Shown: positions 18,793 to 29,001, counted from the stretch's first letter. The stretch: DNA of 64,000 nt from an uncultured Candidatus Rokubacteria bacterium (GCA_963771355.1 CAVYTA010000006.1:1696001-1760000); one strand, 5' to 3'. Numbers and translations: made by a program. The notes: generated by a model from the letters alone, not told the origin.

Positions 18793-19644
18793 ATGGTCAT
18801 CGAGCGCAAGTGGAAGCGCTGGGTGTACTTCTACATTCCTCTCACCGTCTTCGTGATCGGGACCCTCTTCCCCTTCTACTGGATGTTCATCACCGCCATC
18901 CGGCCGGACGCCGAGCTCTACCGGTCCTGGCGGGCCGCCACCAATACGCCGTTCTGGACGCTCCAGCCGACGCTCGAGCACTTCCGCGACCTGATGGCGA
19001 AGACCACCTTCCCCATCTGGCTGTGGAACACGTTCTTCATCGCTGTGATCTCCACGCTCATCTCGCTCTTCTGCGGGCTGCTCGCCGGTTATGCTCTGGC
19101 GCGGCTGCGCTTCCCCATGGCGGGCTTGCTGGGCACCTCGATCTTCGTGACCTACCTGGTGCCCCCCACCCTGCTGTTCATCCCGCTCGCCGACATCATC
19201 CGGAACTTCCAGCTCGGGAACACCCCCTGGGCGCTCATCCTCACGTATCCGACCTTCCTCATCCCGTTCTGCACCTGGCTCCTCATGGGCTACTTCAAGA
19301 CCATCCCCAAGGAGCTGGAGGAATGCGCGCGGATCGACGGCGCCACCCGGTTCGGGGCCATGTTCCGCATCATCTTCCCCATCGCCGTCCCCGGCATCCT
19401 CTCCGCCGGCATCTTCGCCTTCACGCTGTCCTGGAACGAGTTCATCTACGCGCTCATCTTCCTGTCCTCCCCGGAGCGCAAGACGGTGCCGGTGGGCGTG
19501 GTCTCCGAGCTGATCCGCGGCGACATCTATTTCTGGGGCCAGCTCATGGCGGGCGCGCTGCTGGGCTCGGTGCCGGTGGCCCTCGTCTACTCCTTCTTTG
19601 TCGAGTATTACGTGACCGGCCTGACCGGCTCGGTCAAGGGCTAG
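18793..19644 (+). CDS. CUT1 ABC permease (MalG-like)
   Basis: AGYALARLRF, IPKELEECARIDGA, SWNEFIYA, GSVKG. Confidence 0.92.
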   Translation: MVIERKWKRWVYFYIPLTVFVIGTLFPFYWMFITAIRPDAELYRSWRAATNTPFWTLQPTLEHFRDLMAKTTFPIWLWNTFFIAVISTLISLFCGLLAGYALARLRFPMAGLLGTSIFVTYLVPPTLLFIPLADIIRNFQLGNTPWALILTYPTFLIPFCTWLLMGYFKTIPKELEECARIDGATRFGAMFRIIFPIAVPGILSAGIFAFTLSWNEFIYALIFLSSPERKTVPVGVVSELIRGDIYFWGQLMAGALLGSVPVALVYSFFVEYYVTGLTGSVKG

Positions 19645-19706
19645 CCGCCCGCTTCACGCTGGTCTCGTAGCGCCTCTCCGGTCCCCCCCGGCGCCCGATT
19701 TGGGCA

Positions 19707-19775
19707 TTGACAGGTCCCCTGGCGGTCACTAGAATCGCGCCACCTTTCGACATTGCGAACCCTCACAGCGGAGGG
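19707..19775 (+). promoter_or_regulatory. Sigma70 promoter plus conserved 5' leader (copy 1)
   Basis: TTGACA-17-TAGAAT, followed by CGCGCCACCTTTCGACATTGCGAACCCTCACAGCGGAGGG. Near-identical to 24242-24308. Confidence 0.8.
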
Positions 19776-19779
19776 CACT

Positions 19780-20913
19780 ATGCGTAGACTCGTGTCCGTA
19801 AAGTCTGCGATCGCGCTCGCGATCCTCGTCGGCGTCCTCGCCTTCGTCGCCGGCTCCTACAGCACGCCCACCCCCGCCACCGCACAGGCGCCGATCCGGT
19901 GGAAGATGCAGACCGCCTGGCCGCTGGGGATATTCCCCGACGACGCCGCCAAGCTGCTGGTGGCGACGATCGAGAAGACCTCCGGCGGACGGCTCAAGAT
20001 CGAGGTGTCGCCCGCGGGGTCCGTCGTTCCGCCCTTCGAGATCCAGGACGCGGTGAGCCGCGGCGTCCTCGACGCGGGGCACACCACCCCCGGGTACATC
20101 GTCGGGAAGCTGGCCGCGTTCATTCCCCTGACCCACGGGCCCCTCTTCGGGATGGACTTCATCGACTATTACGGCTGGTACTGGGAAGGCGGCGGCCACG
20201 AGCTGCTCCAGGAGGCGTACCAGCAGAAGCTGAAGATGAACGTGGTCAGCTTCCAGGTCCATCCGGAAGGCCCCCAGGCGATGGGGTGGTTCAAGAAGGA
20301 GATCCGGACGTTCGACGACATCAAGGGGCAGCGGTATCGCATCTTCGGCATCGGCGCCGAGACCTACAGCAAGCTCGGCATCGCCACCGTGACCCTGGCC
20401 GGCGGCGAGATCGTTCCCGCCCTGGAGCGGGGCGCCATCGACGGCGCGGAGTGGGTCAACTGCTCCGACGACAAGATCCTGGGCATCGACAAGATCGCCA
20501 AGTTCCACTACGCCCCGGGGATGCACGAGCCGGTCACGGTCGGGGAGTTCATCATCAACAAGGGGAAGTGGGACGCGCTGCCCGCCGACCTGAAGGAAGT
20601 CGTCAAGACCTCCGTCCAGGCGTCCTACTGGAACCACTTCGTCCGATTCCAGGAGAAGACGGCCAAGGCCTGTGTGGACATGATCGCGTCCGGCGTCAAG
20701 ATCATCAAGACGAGCGACGAGCTGAACCGGCGCTTCCTGAAGGCGTACGACGAGATCGTGGCCGGGCACGTGGCCAAGGACGACTTCTACAAGAAGGTGG
20801 TCGACTCGCAGAAGAAGTACTCCAGCGTGGTGGTGCCCTACCGCATGTCGTACTGGCCGAACTACAACTTCATCGGGGAGCACTACTACAAGGACAAGAT
20901 CTGGCTGAAGTAG
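19780..20913 (+). CDS. dctP: TRAP transporter substrate-binding protein (DctP/TakP-like)
   Basis: WKMQTAWP, SGGRLKIE, DAVSRGVLDAGH, GWFKKEI, EIVPALERGAIDGAEW. Confidence 0.92.
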   Translation: MRRLVSVKSAIALAILVGVLAFVAGSYSTPTPATAQAPIRWKMQTAWPLGIFPDDAAKLLVATIEKTSGGRLKIEVSPAGSVVPPFEIQDAVSRGVLDAGHTTPGYIVGKLAAFIPLTHGPLFGMDFIDYYGWYWEGGGHELLQEAYQQKLKMNVVSFQVHPEGPQAMGWFKKEIRTFDDIKGQRYRIFGIGAETYSKLGIATVTLAGGEIVPALERGAIDGAEWVNCSDDKILGIDKIAKFHYAPGMHEPVTVGEFIINKGKWDALPADLKEVVKTSVQASYWNHFVRFQEKTAKACVDMIASGVKIIKTSDELNRRFLKAYDEIVAGHVAKDDFYKKVVDSQKKYSSVVVPYRMSYWPNYNFIGEHYYKDKIWLK

Positions 20914-20932
20914 TCGACCGGTGAGGCTGGAC

Positions 20933-20970
20933 CCCGGACGGCAGGCCGGTCAACGGCCCCGCCGTCCGGG
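20933..20970 (+). repeat. Intergenic hairpin after the TRAP binding-protein gene
   Basis: cccggacggc...gccgtccggg inverted repeat. Confidence 0.55.
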
Positions 20971-21056
20971 CGTTCGACGGACCGCTCCGCCGACCCACGG
21001 ACCCACTCTTCCTTGAGCTCGGCGCTCAACTTCCGCGAACAGAACGGAGGATCCGT

Positions 21057-21641
21057 GTGGCGACGGCTGCGCCCCTAGAACCCGAGCATCGCGATGCATC
21101 GCCGGCCTTCCGCACCACCGTAGAGTGGATCGACCGCTTCGCGAGCTATATCGGCCGCGCGGTCGCGTGGCTCATCATCCCCATGACCATCGCCGTCACC
21201 TGGGAGGTCGTGGCCCGCCACTTCTTCCGCGCTCCCACCATCTGGGCCTTCGACGTGGTCTACATGCTGTACGGCACGCACTTCATGCTGGGGACCGCCT
21301 ACACCCTGATGCGGATCGGGCACGTGCGCACCGACATGCTCTATTCGCGCTGGTCCATCCGCCGCCAGAACCGGATCGACGCGATCGGGTACTTCTTCTT
21401 CTTCTTCCCGGCGATGATCTTCCTGTTCTACTTCGGCTGGCAGGAGGCCTATCACTCGTTCCAGATCGGGGAGACCTCGGACGCGAGCCCCTGGCGGCCG
21501 ATCGTCTGGCCGTTCAAGTTCGTCATCCCGTTCACCGCGCTGTTCCTGCTCATCCAGGGAATCGCGGAGCTCCTCAAGAGCCTCTACGCCATTCGAACCG
21601 GCCGCGAGTGGGTCCATCGTGAGCACATGGAGATCGGATGA
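21057..21641 (+). CDS. dctQ: TRAP small permease
   Basis: EVVARHFFRAPTIWA, GHVRTD, four TM segments. Confidence 0.9.
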   Translation: MATAAPLEPEHRDASPAFRTTVEWIDRFASYIGRAVAWLIIPMTIAVTWEVVARHFFRAPTIWAFDVVYMLYGTHFMLGTAYTLMRIGHVRTDMLYSRWSIRRQNRIDAIGYFFFFFPAMIFLFYFGWQEAYHSFQIGETSDASPWRPIVWPFKFVIPFTALFLLIQGIAELLKSLYAIRTGREWVHREHMEIG

Positions 21642-22959
21642 GCCCCGAGCTGCTCGGCGCCCTCATGCTGGTGCTCATGCTCGGGGCCATCTTCATCGGC
21701 TTCCCGATCTCGTTCACGCTGCTGCTCCTCGCGCTGATCTTCGGCTGGGTCGGGCTCGGCGACCGCGCCTTCTACATCATGGTGTTCCAGACCATCGGGC
21801 TCATGAAGGAGGAGGTGCTGGCCGCGGTGCCGTTATTCATCTTCATGGGCTATTTGATGGAGCAGGGCGGCCTCATGGAGCGCCTGTTCAAGGGCTTCCA
21901 GCTCCTGATGGGGCCGGTGCCCGGATCGCTCTACGTGGGCGTGCTCATCACCGCCACCATCTTCGGCATCGCCGCCGGCACGGTGGGGGCGACGGTCGTG
22001 CTCATGGGCATCATGGCCGTGCCCATCATGACCAAGGCCGGCTACGACATCCAGATGTCGGCCGGGGCCATCACCGCCGGCGGCACGCTCGGGCATCCTC
22101 GTCCCTCCGAGCGTCATGCTGGTGGTGATGGGGCCGGTCATGGGCGTCTCGGTCGCCGAGCTCTACGCCTCGTGCTTCGGTCCCGGGTTCCTCCTGGCCG
22201 GCATCTTCATCGTCTACTGCCTCGTCCGCTGCCATCATCAACCCCAGCCTGGGGCCCCCGCTGCCGCTCGAGGAGCGATCCGGGAGCTTCATGGAGATCG
22301 CCATCGAGCTGACGCTGGGGATGGTGCCGCACGCCATCCTCATCATCGCCACGCTGGGGACCATCATCTGGGGATGGGCGACGCCCACCGAGGCGGCGGC
22401 CATGGGCGTCGTCGGCGCCGCCTTCCTGGCCGTGATCTACGGGCAGTTCACGTGGCCACGGCTCAAGGACGCGGTCTACAACACCCTGCTCCAGTCCAGC
22501 ACCGTCATCTTCCTGGCCGTCTGCGGCAACGTGTTCGGCGCGGTGTTCTCGCGGCTGGGGACGGCCACGATGGCCACCAATGCGCTGATCGCCTGGCAGA
22601 TTCCGCCGATGGCGATGCTGGCCTTGATCATGGTGGTGATCTTCCTGCTCGGCTGGCCCTTCGAGTGGCCGGCCATCATCCTCGTGTTCGTCCCGCTGCT
22701 GCAGCCGGTCATCGTCGGGCTCAAGATCGACATGCTGTGGTTCGCCACCCTCATCGCGGTGAATCTCCAGACCGCCTTCCTCTCGCCGCCGGTGGCCATG
22801 TCCGCGTACTATCTCAAGGGGGTGGCGCCGCAGTGGTCCCTCGGGGACATCTACCGCGGCATGGGCCAGTTCATGGTGCTGCAGCTCATCGGCCTCGCGC
22901 TCTGCATCATCTTCCCCGAGATCGCGCTCTGGTTCCCGCGGTGGCTGTTCGGAAAGTAA
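21638..22959 (+). pseudogene. dctM: TRAP large permease interrupted by two +1 frameshifts (pseudogene or assembly error)
   Basis: The DctM sequence is split over three frames. Removing one G at about 22092 restores GGTLGILVPPSVML. Removing one base at about 22231 restores IINPSLGPPLPLEER and leads into WATPTEAAA..NLQTAFLSPP. Confidence 0.85.
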
Positions 22960-22980
22960 CCCCGTAACGGAGGAGGAGCC

Positions 22981-24108
22981 ATGAAACCCAGGAACGTCGT
23001 CATCGCCTGGATCGCCTTCGCGCTACCGGTCCTGATCCTCGCCGCCGTCCTCTGGCGCGGCCCCGGCGACGCCGTCGCGCAGCAGAAGATCGTGTGGAAG
23101 GTGCAGAGCACCTGGCCCGCCAACAACCTCCTGCACATCTCCGCCCTCGAGCTCGCCAAGATGGTGGAGGAGATGTCGGGCGGCCGCCTCAAGTGGGAGA
23201 TGTCGGCGGCGGGCACCGTGGTGGGCGCCTTCGAGGTGCTCGACGCGGTCAACCGCGGCATCATCGACGCCAGCCACGCCTGGCCGGGCTACTGGGCGGG
23301 CAAGAACTCCGCGGCGGGGCTGTTCGCGCCCGGCCCCGGCGGGCCCTTCGGCATGGACCGCGAGGAGTACCTCGGCTGGCTCTACGCCGGCGGCGGGCTC
23401 GAGCTCTACAACGAGCTGCTGCAGAAAGAGCTGAAGATGAACGTGGTGGTGCCCGTCTTCACCACCAGCCTACCGTACTGGGAGCCGCTCGGCTGGTTCA
23501 AGAAGCCCTTCAACAACCTCGACGAGCTGCGCAAGATGCGGTTTCGCACCTCCGGCCTGGGCATGGAGATGATGAAGAACATGGGCGTCTCGGTGGTGAC
23601 GCTCGCCGGCGGCGAGGTCATCCCCGCGCTCGAGCGGGGCGCGATCGAGGGCGCGGAGTGGGCGGTCCCCAGCCATGACATCCTCATGGGGTTCCACAAC
23701 GTCGCCAAGAACTACTATATGCCGGACCTCCGCCAGCCCGCCTCCTACCAGGAGGTGCTGATCAACAAGGCCAAGTGGGACGCGCTGCCGAAGGACCTCC
23801 AGGCCATCGTGAAGTGGGCGGGCATGGCCGAGATCATCCGCATGACCGCGTATAGCGTGGACCAGGACAGCAAGGCGGTCGAGGAGCTGGAGAAGAAGCA
23901 CGGGGTGAAGATCCTCAAGACACCGGACGACGTCCTCAAAGCCCAGCTGCCGGCCATCGACAAGGTCTACGAGGTCGAGGCGCAGAAGAACCCCTTCTTC
24001 GCCAAGGTCCTCAAGTCGCAGAAGGACTTCGCCTCGCGGGCGGTGCCGCATGCGCAGAAGATCCGCCCGCCCATCGAGGTGGTGGTCGCCCACTACTGGA
24101 AGAAGTAG
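22981..24108 (+). CDS. dctP: TRAP substrate-binding protein
   Basis: WKVQSTWP, MSGGRL, GYWAGKN, GWFKKP, EVIPALERGAIEGAEW; strong SD GGAGGAG. Confidence 0.92.
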   Translation: MKPRNVVIAWIAFALPVLILAAVLWRGPGDAVAQQKIVWKVQSTWPANNLLHISALELAKMVEEMSGGRLKWEMSAAGTVVGAFEVLDAVNRGIIDASHAWPGYWAGKNSAAGLFAPGPGGPFGMDREEYLGWLYAGGGLELYNELLQKELKMNVVVPVFTTSLPYWEPLGWFKKPFNNLDELRKMRFRTSGLGMEMMKNMGVSVVTLAGGEVIPALERGAIEGAEWAVPSHDILMGFHNVAKNYYMPDLRQPASYQEVLINKAKWDALPKDLQAIVKWAGMAEIIRMTAYSVDQDSKAVEELEKKHGVKILKTPDDVLKAQLPAIDKVYEVEAQKNPFFAKVLKSQKDFASRAVPHAQKIRPPIEVVVAHYWKK

Positions 24109-24138
24109 GGGCCGTCCCGTCGAAACCGGACAGCAAAC

Positions 24139-24166
24139 GGGGCAGCGGCGCCGGCGCCGCTGCCCC
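24139..24166. terminator. Perfect 28-bp palindrome after the dctP gene (terminator or stabiliser; no U-tract)
   Basis: ggggcagcggcgcc|ggcgccgctgcccc. Confidence 0.55.
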
Positions 24167-24241
24167 TACCGCCCCCTCCGGGGCGCTTCGTCACTGACCC
24201 GAAGGCCAGCGGCGGAAATCCGTACCAACACCCCAAATACC

Positions 24242-24308
24242 TTGACAGACGGGAAGGCCCTGACTAGACTCGCGCCACCTTTCGACATTCCGAACTCTCA
24301 GCGGAGAG
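24242..24308 (+). promoter_or_regulatory. Sigma70 promoter plus conserved 5' leader (copy 2)
   Basis: TTGACA-17-TAGACT, followed by CGCGCCACCTTTCGACATTCCGAACTCTCAGCGGAGAG. Confidence 0.8.
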
Positions 24309-24366
24309 ACGCCTCATGCGCAGGCGGGTGTCGAGGCACCTCAACCCACACTGAGGAGGGATCGCC

Positions 24367-25452
24367 ATGCGATCACGGTTGATCAAGGGTCTCATCGTCC
24401 TGGTCGTCGCCCTCACGGGCGCCGCGTATCTGGCGTCCAGCTTGACCACACCCGCCGAGGCGCAGAAGAAGGTGACGTGGAAGATGGCGAGCGCCTTCGG
24501 CAGCAAGCTCCCGCACCTGGGGACGTCCGCCACGCGATTTGCCGACAACATCAAGGTCATGTCGGGGGGCACGCTCGAGCTGAAGTTCTTCGAGCCGGGA
24601 GCGCTGGTACCCGCCCTCGAGTGCTTCGACGCCGTCTCCAAGGGCTCCGTCGAGTCGTGCTGGACGACGCCGGGCTATCACACCGGCAAGTACCCGGCGC
24701 TGGCCTTCTTCACCACGGTGCCGTTCGGTCCCCAGATCGGGGAGTTCCTCGCCTGGAAGTGGTTCGGGGGCGGCAACGAGCTTCGGAACGAGATCTACGC
24801 GAAGCACAACCTGATCGCGCTGGACTGCTTCGCGATCGGCCCCGAGACGTCGGGATGGTTCAAGAAAGAAGTGAAGAACGTGGCCGAGCTGAAGGGCATC
24901 AAGATGCGCTTCTTCGGCCTCGGCGCCCAGGTGATGCAGAAGCTGGGCGTGAACACGCAGCTCATGGCCGCGGCCGACATCTATCCCGCGCTCGAGCGGG
25001 GCGTCATCGACGCCACCGAGTTCTCGATGCCGACGATGGACCTCGCGCTCGGCTTCCACCAGATCGCCAAGAATAACTACTATCCCGGCTGGCACCAGCA
25101 GGTCTCGGTGAGCGAGCTGCTCATGAACAAGGGGGAGTGGGACAAGCTCTCCGAGCAGCACAAGCGGATCATCCAGGTCGCCCTCAACGACGCGGTGATT
25201 CACACCTACGTCGAGACCGAGGCGAAGAACCCGCCGGTGATGATGGAGATGAAGGACAAGCACAAGGTTACCAACCGCCGCTGGTCCGACGACGATCTCC
25301 GGACCTTCGAGAAGGGCTGGCTCGAGGTGCTGGAGAGTGAAAGCGCCAAGGATCCTCTGTTCAAGAAGGTCGCCGACCACTATCTGACGTGGCGGAAGAC
25401 CTACAAGATCTGGGGCGATGCCCAGGAGCTGAAGAGCACCTACCAGAAGTAG
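24367..25452 (+). CDS. dctP: TRAP substrate-binding protein
   Basis: WKMASAF, FFEPGALVP, FFTTVPFG, SGWFKKE, DIYPALERGVIDATEF, YYPGWHQ. Confidence 0.92.
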   Translation: MRSRLIKGLIVLVVALTGAAYLASSLTTPAEAQKKVTWKMASAFGSKLPHLGTSATRFADNIKVMSGGTLELKFFEPGALVPALECFDAVSKGSVESCWTTPGYHTGKYPALAFFTTVPFGPQIGEFLAWKWFGGGNELRNEIYAKHNLIALDCFAIGPETSGWFKKEVKNVAELKGIKMRFFGLGAQVMQKLGVNTQLMAAADIYPALERGVIDATEFSMPTMDLALGFHQIAKNNYYPGWHQQVSVSELLMNKGEWDKLSEQHKRIIQVALNDAVIHTYVETEAKNPPVMMEMKDKHKVTNRRWSDDDLRTFEKGWLEVLESESAKDPLFKKVADHYLTWRKTYKIWGDAQELKSTYQK

Positions 25453-25471
25453 GGACGGCGCGCGTATTCAA

Positions 25472-25535
25472 GGAGCGCCCCGGGGAACCCCGGGGCGCTC
25501 CGAGCGTCGGGGGGGACCATTTCGAGGCCCCCCAA
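25472..25535. repeat. Two-hairpin palindromic repeat element between convergent genes
   Basis: 14-bp perfect inverted repeat ggagcgccccgggg-aa-ccccggggcgctcc (25472-25501), plus GGGGGGCC-TCGAAAT-GGTCCCCC on the minus strand (25533-25509). Confidence 0.78.
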
Positions 25536-25542
25536 GTGGTGG

Positions 25543-26925
25543 TCAGTCGAGGAAGCCGGCCAGCTTGGGCAGCCACAGCACGATGCTGGGGAAATAGATG
25601 CAGAGCAAGAGCCCGAGGACCTGCAGCGCCACGAACGGATACATCCCCCGGTAGACGTCGGTCATGCTCACGCCGGGCGGCGCCGTTCCCTTCATGTAGA
25701 ACAGGGTGGCTCCGAACGGCGGCGTCATGAAGGCGGTCTGCAGATTGACCGCGACCAGGGTGCCGAACCACGCCATCAGGTACTGGTTGCTCCCCAGGTG
25801 GGCGGAGAAGTCGTACTTCGCGATGATCGGTCCGAATACCGGCAGGACGATCAGGCAGATCTCGATCCACTCGAAGGGAAAGCCGAGGAGGAAGATCAGG
25901 ACCATCACGAAGGCGAGCACCTCCCACCCCGTGTCGATGCCCATCTTCGCCAGCATCCCGATCATCAGATCGTCCCCGCCCAGCACCCGGAACACGTAGG
26001 AGAAGCCGGTCGCGCCCAGGAAGATCAGGAACACGAGGCCATTCGCCCGGCAGCACGAGAAGATGGCCTCGGTCATCATCTTCATGGTGAGCCGGCGGTT
26101 CAAGGCCGCGATGAGCATCGAGCCGAATACCCCGACGGCGCCGCTTTCCGTGGGCGTGGCCCAGCCGGCGAAGATCGAGCCGATCACGATCACCATCAGC
26201 GCCGTCATCGGGAAGAGGCCCCGCCACACCGCGGTCCAGAATTCGCCGCGATTCTGCGGTCCGTGGTCGGGCGGGAGCTTGGGCGCCTTGTCGGGCCGCA
26301 CTATCGCGACGATAATGATGTAGATCAGGTACAGCCCCGAGAGCAGGAAGCCCGGCATGGTGGCGGCGAGAAAGAGCGCTCCCGCGGAGGTCACCAGCAT
26401 CTCCGCCATCACCACCAGCATGATCGCCGGCGGGATGAGAATGCCGAGGGTTCCCGCCGAGGCGATGGTGCCGATAGCCAATCGCTTGTCGTAGCCCGAG
26501 GCCAGCATCTGCGGCAGCGCGATCACCGAGAGCGTGATCACCGCCGCACCGACGACCCCGATCGGCGCGGCGAGGATGGTGCCCATCACCATGACCGCGA
26601 CGGCGAGCGCGCCGGGCACCCGCCTCAGCATGGCCTCGGTCGCTTTGAGCATGTCCATGGCCGAGCCGGACCGCTCCAGGATCGACCCCATGAAGATGAA
26701 CATGGGGATCGACGCGAGCACCGGGTCGGCGGCGACGCCCCCCCACATGCGCAGCACGACGTCATAGATGCCGATGATCGAGAACACGCCGAGGAACCAC
26801 CCGGCGAGGGCGAAGATCAGGGCCATGCCACCCATGACGAAGGCCACGGGATAGCCGCAGAAGATGACGAAGAACATCGAGACGAACATGATCAGGGCGA
26901 GGTTGTCGGCCAGCAGATCGAGCAC
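25543..26925 (-). CDS. dctM: TRAP large permease
   Basis: SIPMFIFMG, GTLGILIPPAIML, GWATPTES, NLQTAFMTPPFG. Confidence 0.93.
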   Translation of the reverse strand: MLDLLADNLALIMFVSMFFVIFCGYPVAFVMGGMALIFALAGWFLGVFSIIGIYDVVLRMWGGVAADPVLASIPMFIFMGSILERSGSAMDMLKATEAMLRRVPGALAVAVMVMGTILAAPIGVVGAAVITLSVIALPQMLASGYDKRLAIGTIASAGTLGILIPPAIMLVVMAEMLVTSAGALFLAATMPGFLLSGLYLIYIIIVAIVRPDKAPKLPPDHGPQNRGEFWTAVWRGLFPMTALMVIVIGSIFAGWATPTESGAVGVFGSMLIAALNRRLTMKMMTEAIFSCCRANGLVFLIFLGATGFSYVFRVLGGDDLMIGMLAKMGIDTGWEVLAFVMVLIFLLGFPFEWIEICLIVLPVFGPIIAKYDFSAHLGSNQYLMAWFGTLVAVNLQTAFMTPPFGATLFYMKGTAPPGVSMTDVYRGMYPFVALQVLGLLLCIYFPSIVLWLPKLAGFLD

Positions 26926-26944
26926 GAGGCCCCCTTGGTGTGGG

Positions 26945-27505
26945 CTAAACTTCCGCTTCGACGTGACCTATCTGCAGATTGACTTCCTCTTCCGGCCGGC
27001 CGCCGAACAGAAAAACGATTACCCGGGCCAGGACGCTGAGGATCCCGAGCACCACCAGCCAGAGCCCGGCGGCATAGATGCCCTTGATGACCCAGCGGAA
27101 GCGGAGTCCCACCGTGCTATCGGACTGCTCGGCGAGCAAATAGGACTGGGTGACGAAGTCGAGGCTGTGGTAGGCGACGAGCGCGCAGTACGGCAGCGCG
27201 AAGAGTACGCAGCCGGCGAGCTCGATCCAGGCCTTCCGCCGGTAGGACAATTTCTCGGTGAAGGAGTCGACCCGGGGATTCGCGTTGATCGTGTACCCGT
27301 AGCCCATCCACAGGGAGAAGAGCGCGGCGTGGAAGTGCCATTCCAGCTCCTGGAGCTTGGTGAGGGGGGCGGGGATGCCGGTCTTGCGCGCGAGGACGTC
27401 GAAGCAGGTCACCGCCGCCATGACGACGAGCAGCCAACCCGACGCCAGCGCGACGGATTCGAGCATCCGCCGCACACCCTCGGAAAACTTGAGGAGAGCC
27501 CCCAA
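26945..27505 (-). CDS. dctQ: TRAP small permease
   Basis: DVLARK, LQELEWHF, PRVD, RWVIK. The start codon (TTG) is uncertain. Confidence 0.85.
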   Translation of the reverse strand: MGALLKFSEGVRRMLESVALASGWLLVVMAAVTCFDVLARKTGIPAPLTKLQELEWHFHAALFSLWMGYGYTINANPRVDSFTEKLSYRRKAWIELAGCVLFALPYCALVAYHSLDFVTQSYLLAEQSDSTVGLRFRWVIKGIYAAGLWLVVLGILSVLARVIVFLFGGRPEEEVNLQIGHVEAEV

Positions 27506-27545
27506 GCCCTAATGACCCTTGATCGTTCGCATGGTAGATCGACGC

Positions 27546-27575
27546 ACGGTAGGGCGGCGAACGGGGGCCTGTCAA
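27546..27575 (-). promoter_or_regulatory. Putative sigma70 promoter for dctQM
   Basis: TTGACA (27575-27570), 18-bp spacer, TACCGT. Confidence 0.5.
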
Positions 27576-27771
27576 GGGGAATCTTGGCATTGTCGGTGGC
27601 CTCGGCCTTCGGGCCGACCGCCGCCGGGCTGGGCCCGGGCCCCGGCGGGGCACTCCCAGGAGACCGGGACGCGGGTCCGTCGAGTTGTGCTAGTATTCCG
27701 CGCGAGCGGCGGGCTCCTCACGCTCCGCGTCAGGCGCCGCCGGCCAAACCCCAAGGACAGCGAGGTCGCCC

Positions 27772-28863
27772 ATGGCACAGGTGGTGCTCAAGGAGCTGAA
27801 CAAGAAGTACGACGAGGTCCACGCCGTCAAGGACGTGAACCTGACCATCCGCGACAAGGAATTCATGGTCCTCGTGGGTCCCTCCGGCTGCGGCAAGACC
27901 ACCACGCTGCGCATGGTGGCGGGCCTCGAGGAGATCACCGCCGGCGAGATCTCCATCGGTGAGCGCGTGGTGAACGATCTCCCGCCCAAGGACCGCGACA
28001 TCGCCATGGTGTTCCAGAACTACGCGCTCTATCCGCACATGAGCGTGTACGACAACATGGCGTTCGGCCTCAAGATGCGTAAGTTCCCCAAGTCCGAAAT
28101 CCAGAAGCGCGTGCAGGATGCGGCGGAGATCCTCGGCATCCAGGAGCTGCTCAAGCGGAAACCCCGTCAGCTGTCGGGCGGCCAGCGCCAGCGGGTGGCG
28201 GTGGGCCGCGCCATCGTGCGGCATCCGCAGGTGTTCCTCTTCGACGAGCCGCTGTCCAATCTCGATGCCAAGCTGCGCGTGCAGATGCGGGTGGAGCTCA
28301 AGCGCCTCCACGAGCGACTCGAAACCACCGCCATCTACGTCACCCACGACCAGGTGGAGGCCATGACCTTGGGCAGCCGGGTGGTGGTGATGAAGGACGG
28401 CTGGGTGCAGCAGGTAGGCGAGCCCATGGAGATCTATACCCGCCCGCAGAACAAGTTCGTGGCTGGCTTCATCGGCTCTCCCGCGATGAACTTCATCCCG
28501 GTAACCATCGCGGAGGCGGCCGGCAGTCTCTACGCCCAGGCCAACGGCCTCCGGCTCAAGGTGCCCGCTGCCCTGCAGGCCCGGCTGGGCGCCTACAAGG
28601 GCCAGCCCGTCACCCTCGGCGTGCGTCCGGAGGATCTCCGGGTCAGCTCGTCCACGGACGGCGACACCACCTTCGAGGCAGTGGTGGACGTGGTGGAGCC
28701 GCTGGGGGCGGAGATCCTGCTCGACGCCACCGTGGCCGGCCAGTCCGTGGTGGCCCGCGTGGAGCCCACCGTGCGGGCACGCCCGCACGAGAAGATCCGC
28801 CTCGCCTTCGTACCTGAGCGCATGCACTTCTTCGACACCAAGACCGAGCAGGTGATCAACTAG
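27772..28863 (+). CDS. CUT1 ABC ATP-binding protein (MalK/UgpC-like)
   Basis: GPSGCGKTT, MVFQNYALYPHM, LSGGQRQRVA, FDEPLSNLDAKLR, TOBE-type C-terminus. Confidence 0.95.
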   Translation: MAQVVLKELNKKYDEVHAVKDVNLTIRDKEFMVLVGPSGCGKTTTLRMVAGLEEITAGEISIGERVVNDLPPKDRDIAMVFQNYALYPHMSVYDNMAFGLKMRKFPKSEIQKRVQDAAEILGIQELLKRKPRQLSGGQRQRVAVGRAIVRHPQVFLFDEPLSNLDAKLRVQMRVELKRLHERLETTAIYVTHDQVEAMTLGSRVVVMKDGWVQQVGEPMEIYTRPQNKFVAGFIGSPAMNFIPVTIAEAAGSLYAQANGLRLKVPAALQARLGAYKGQPVTLGVRPEDLRVSSSTDGDTTFEAVVDVVEPLGAEILLDATVAGQSVVARVEPTVRARPHEKIRLAFVPERMHFFDTKTEQVIN

Positions 28864-29001
28864 CCCGTCGCCCAGACCCGCCGCCCTATTCGTTGGTCAC
28901 CTTCACCCACGCACCCGCGCCTCACCAGAGGGGGTGAGACCCAAGCCGGCAAGGTTCTCTGATGGCCCGAGACCTCCATCCCGATACCGGAGGCCCTTCT
29001 C

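Noticed and set aside
28864..29001. Structured intergenic leader (CTCACC/GGTGAG and an anti-SD CCTCC/GGAGG) as a riboswitch
   Set aside because: No recognisable aptamer consensus and no second copy. Short stems are expected at this GC content. An Rfam scan would settle it.
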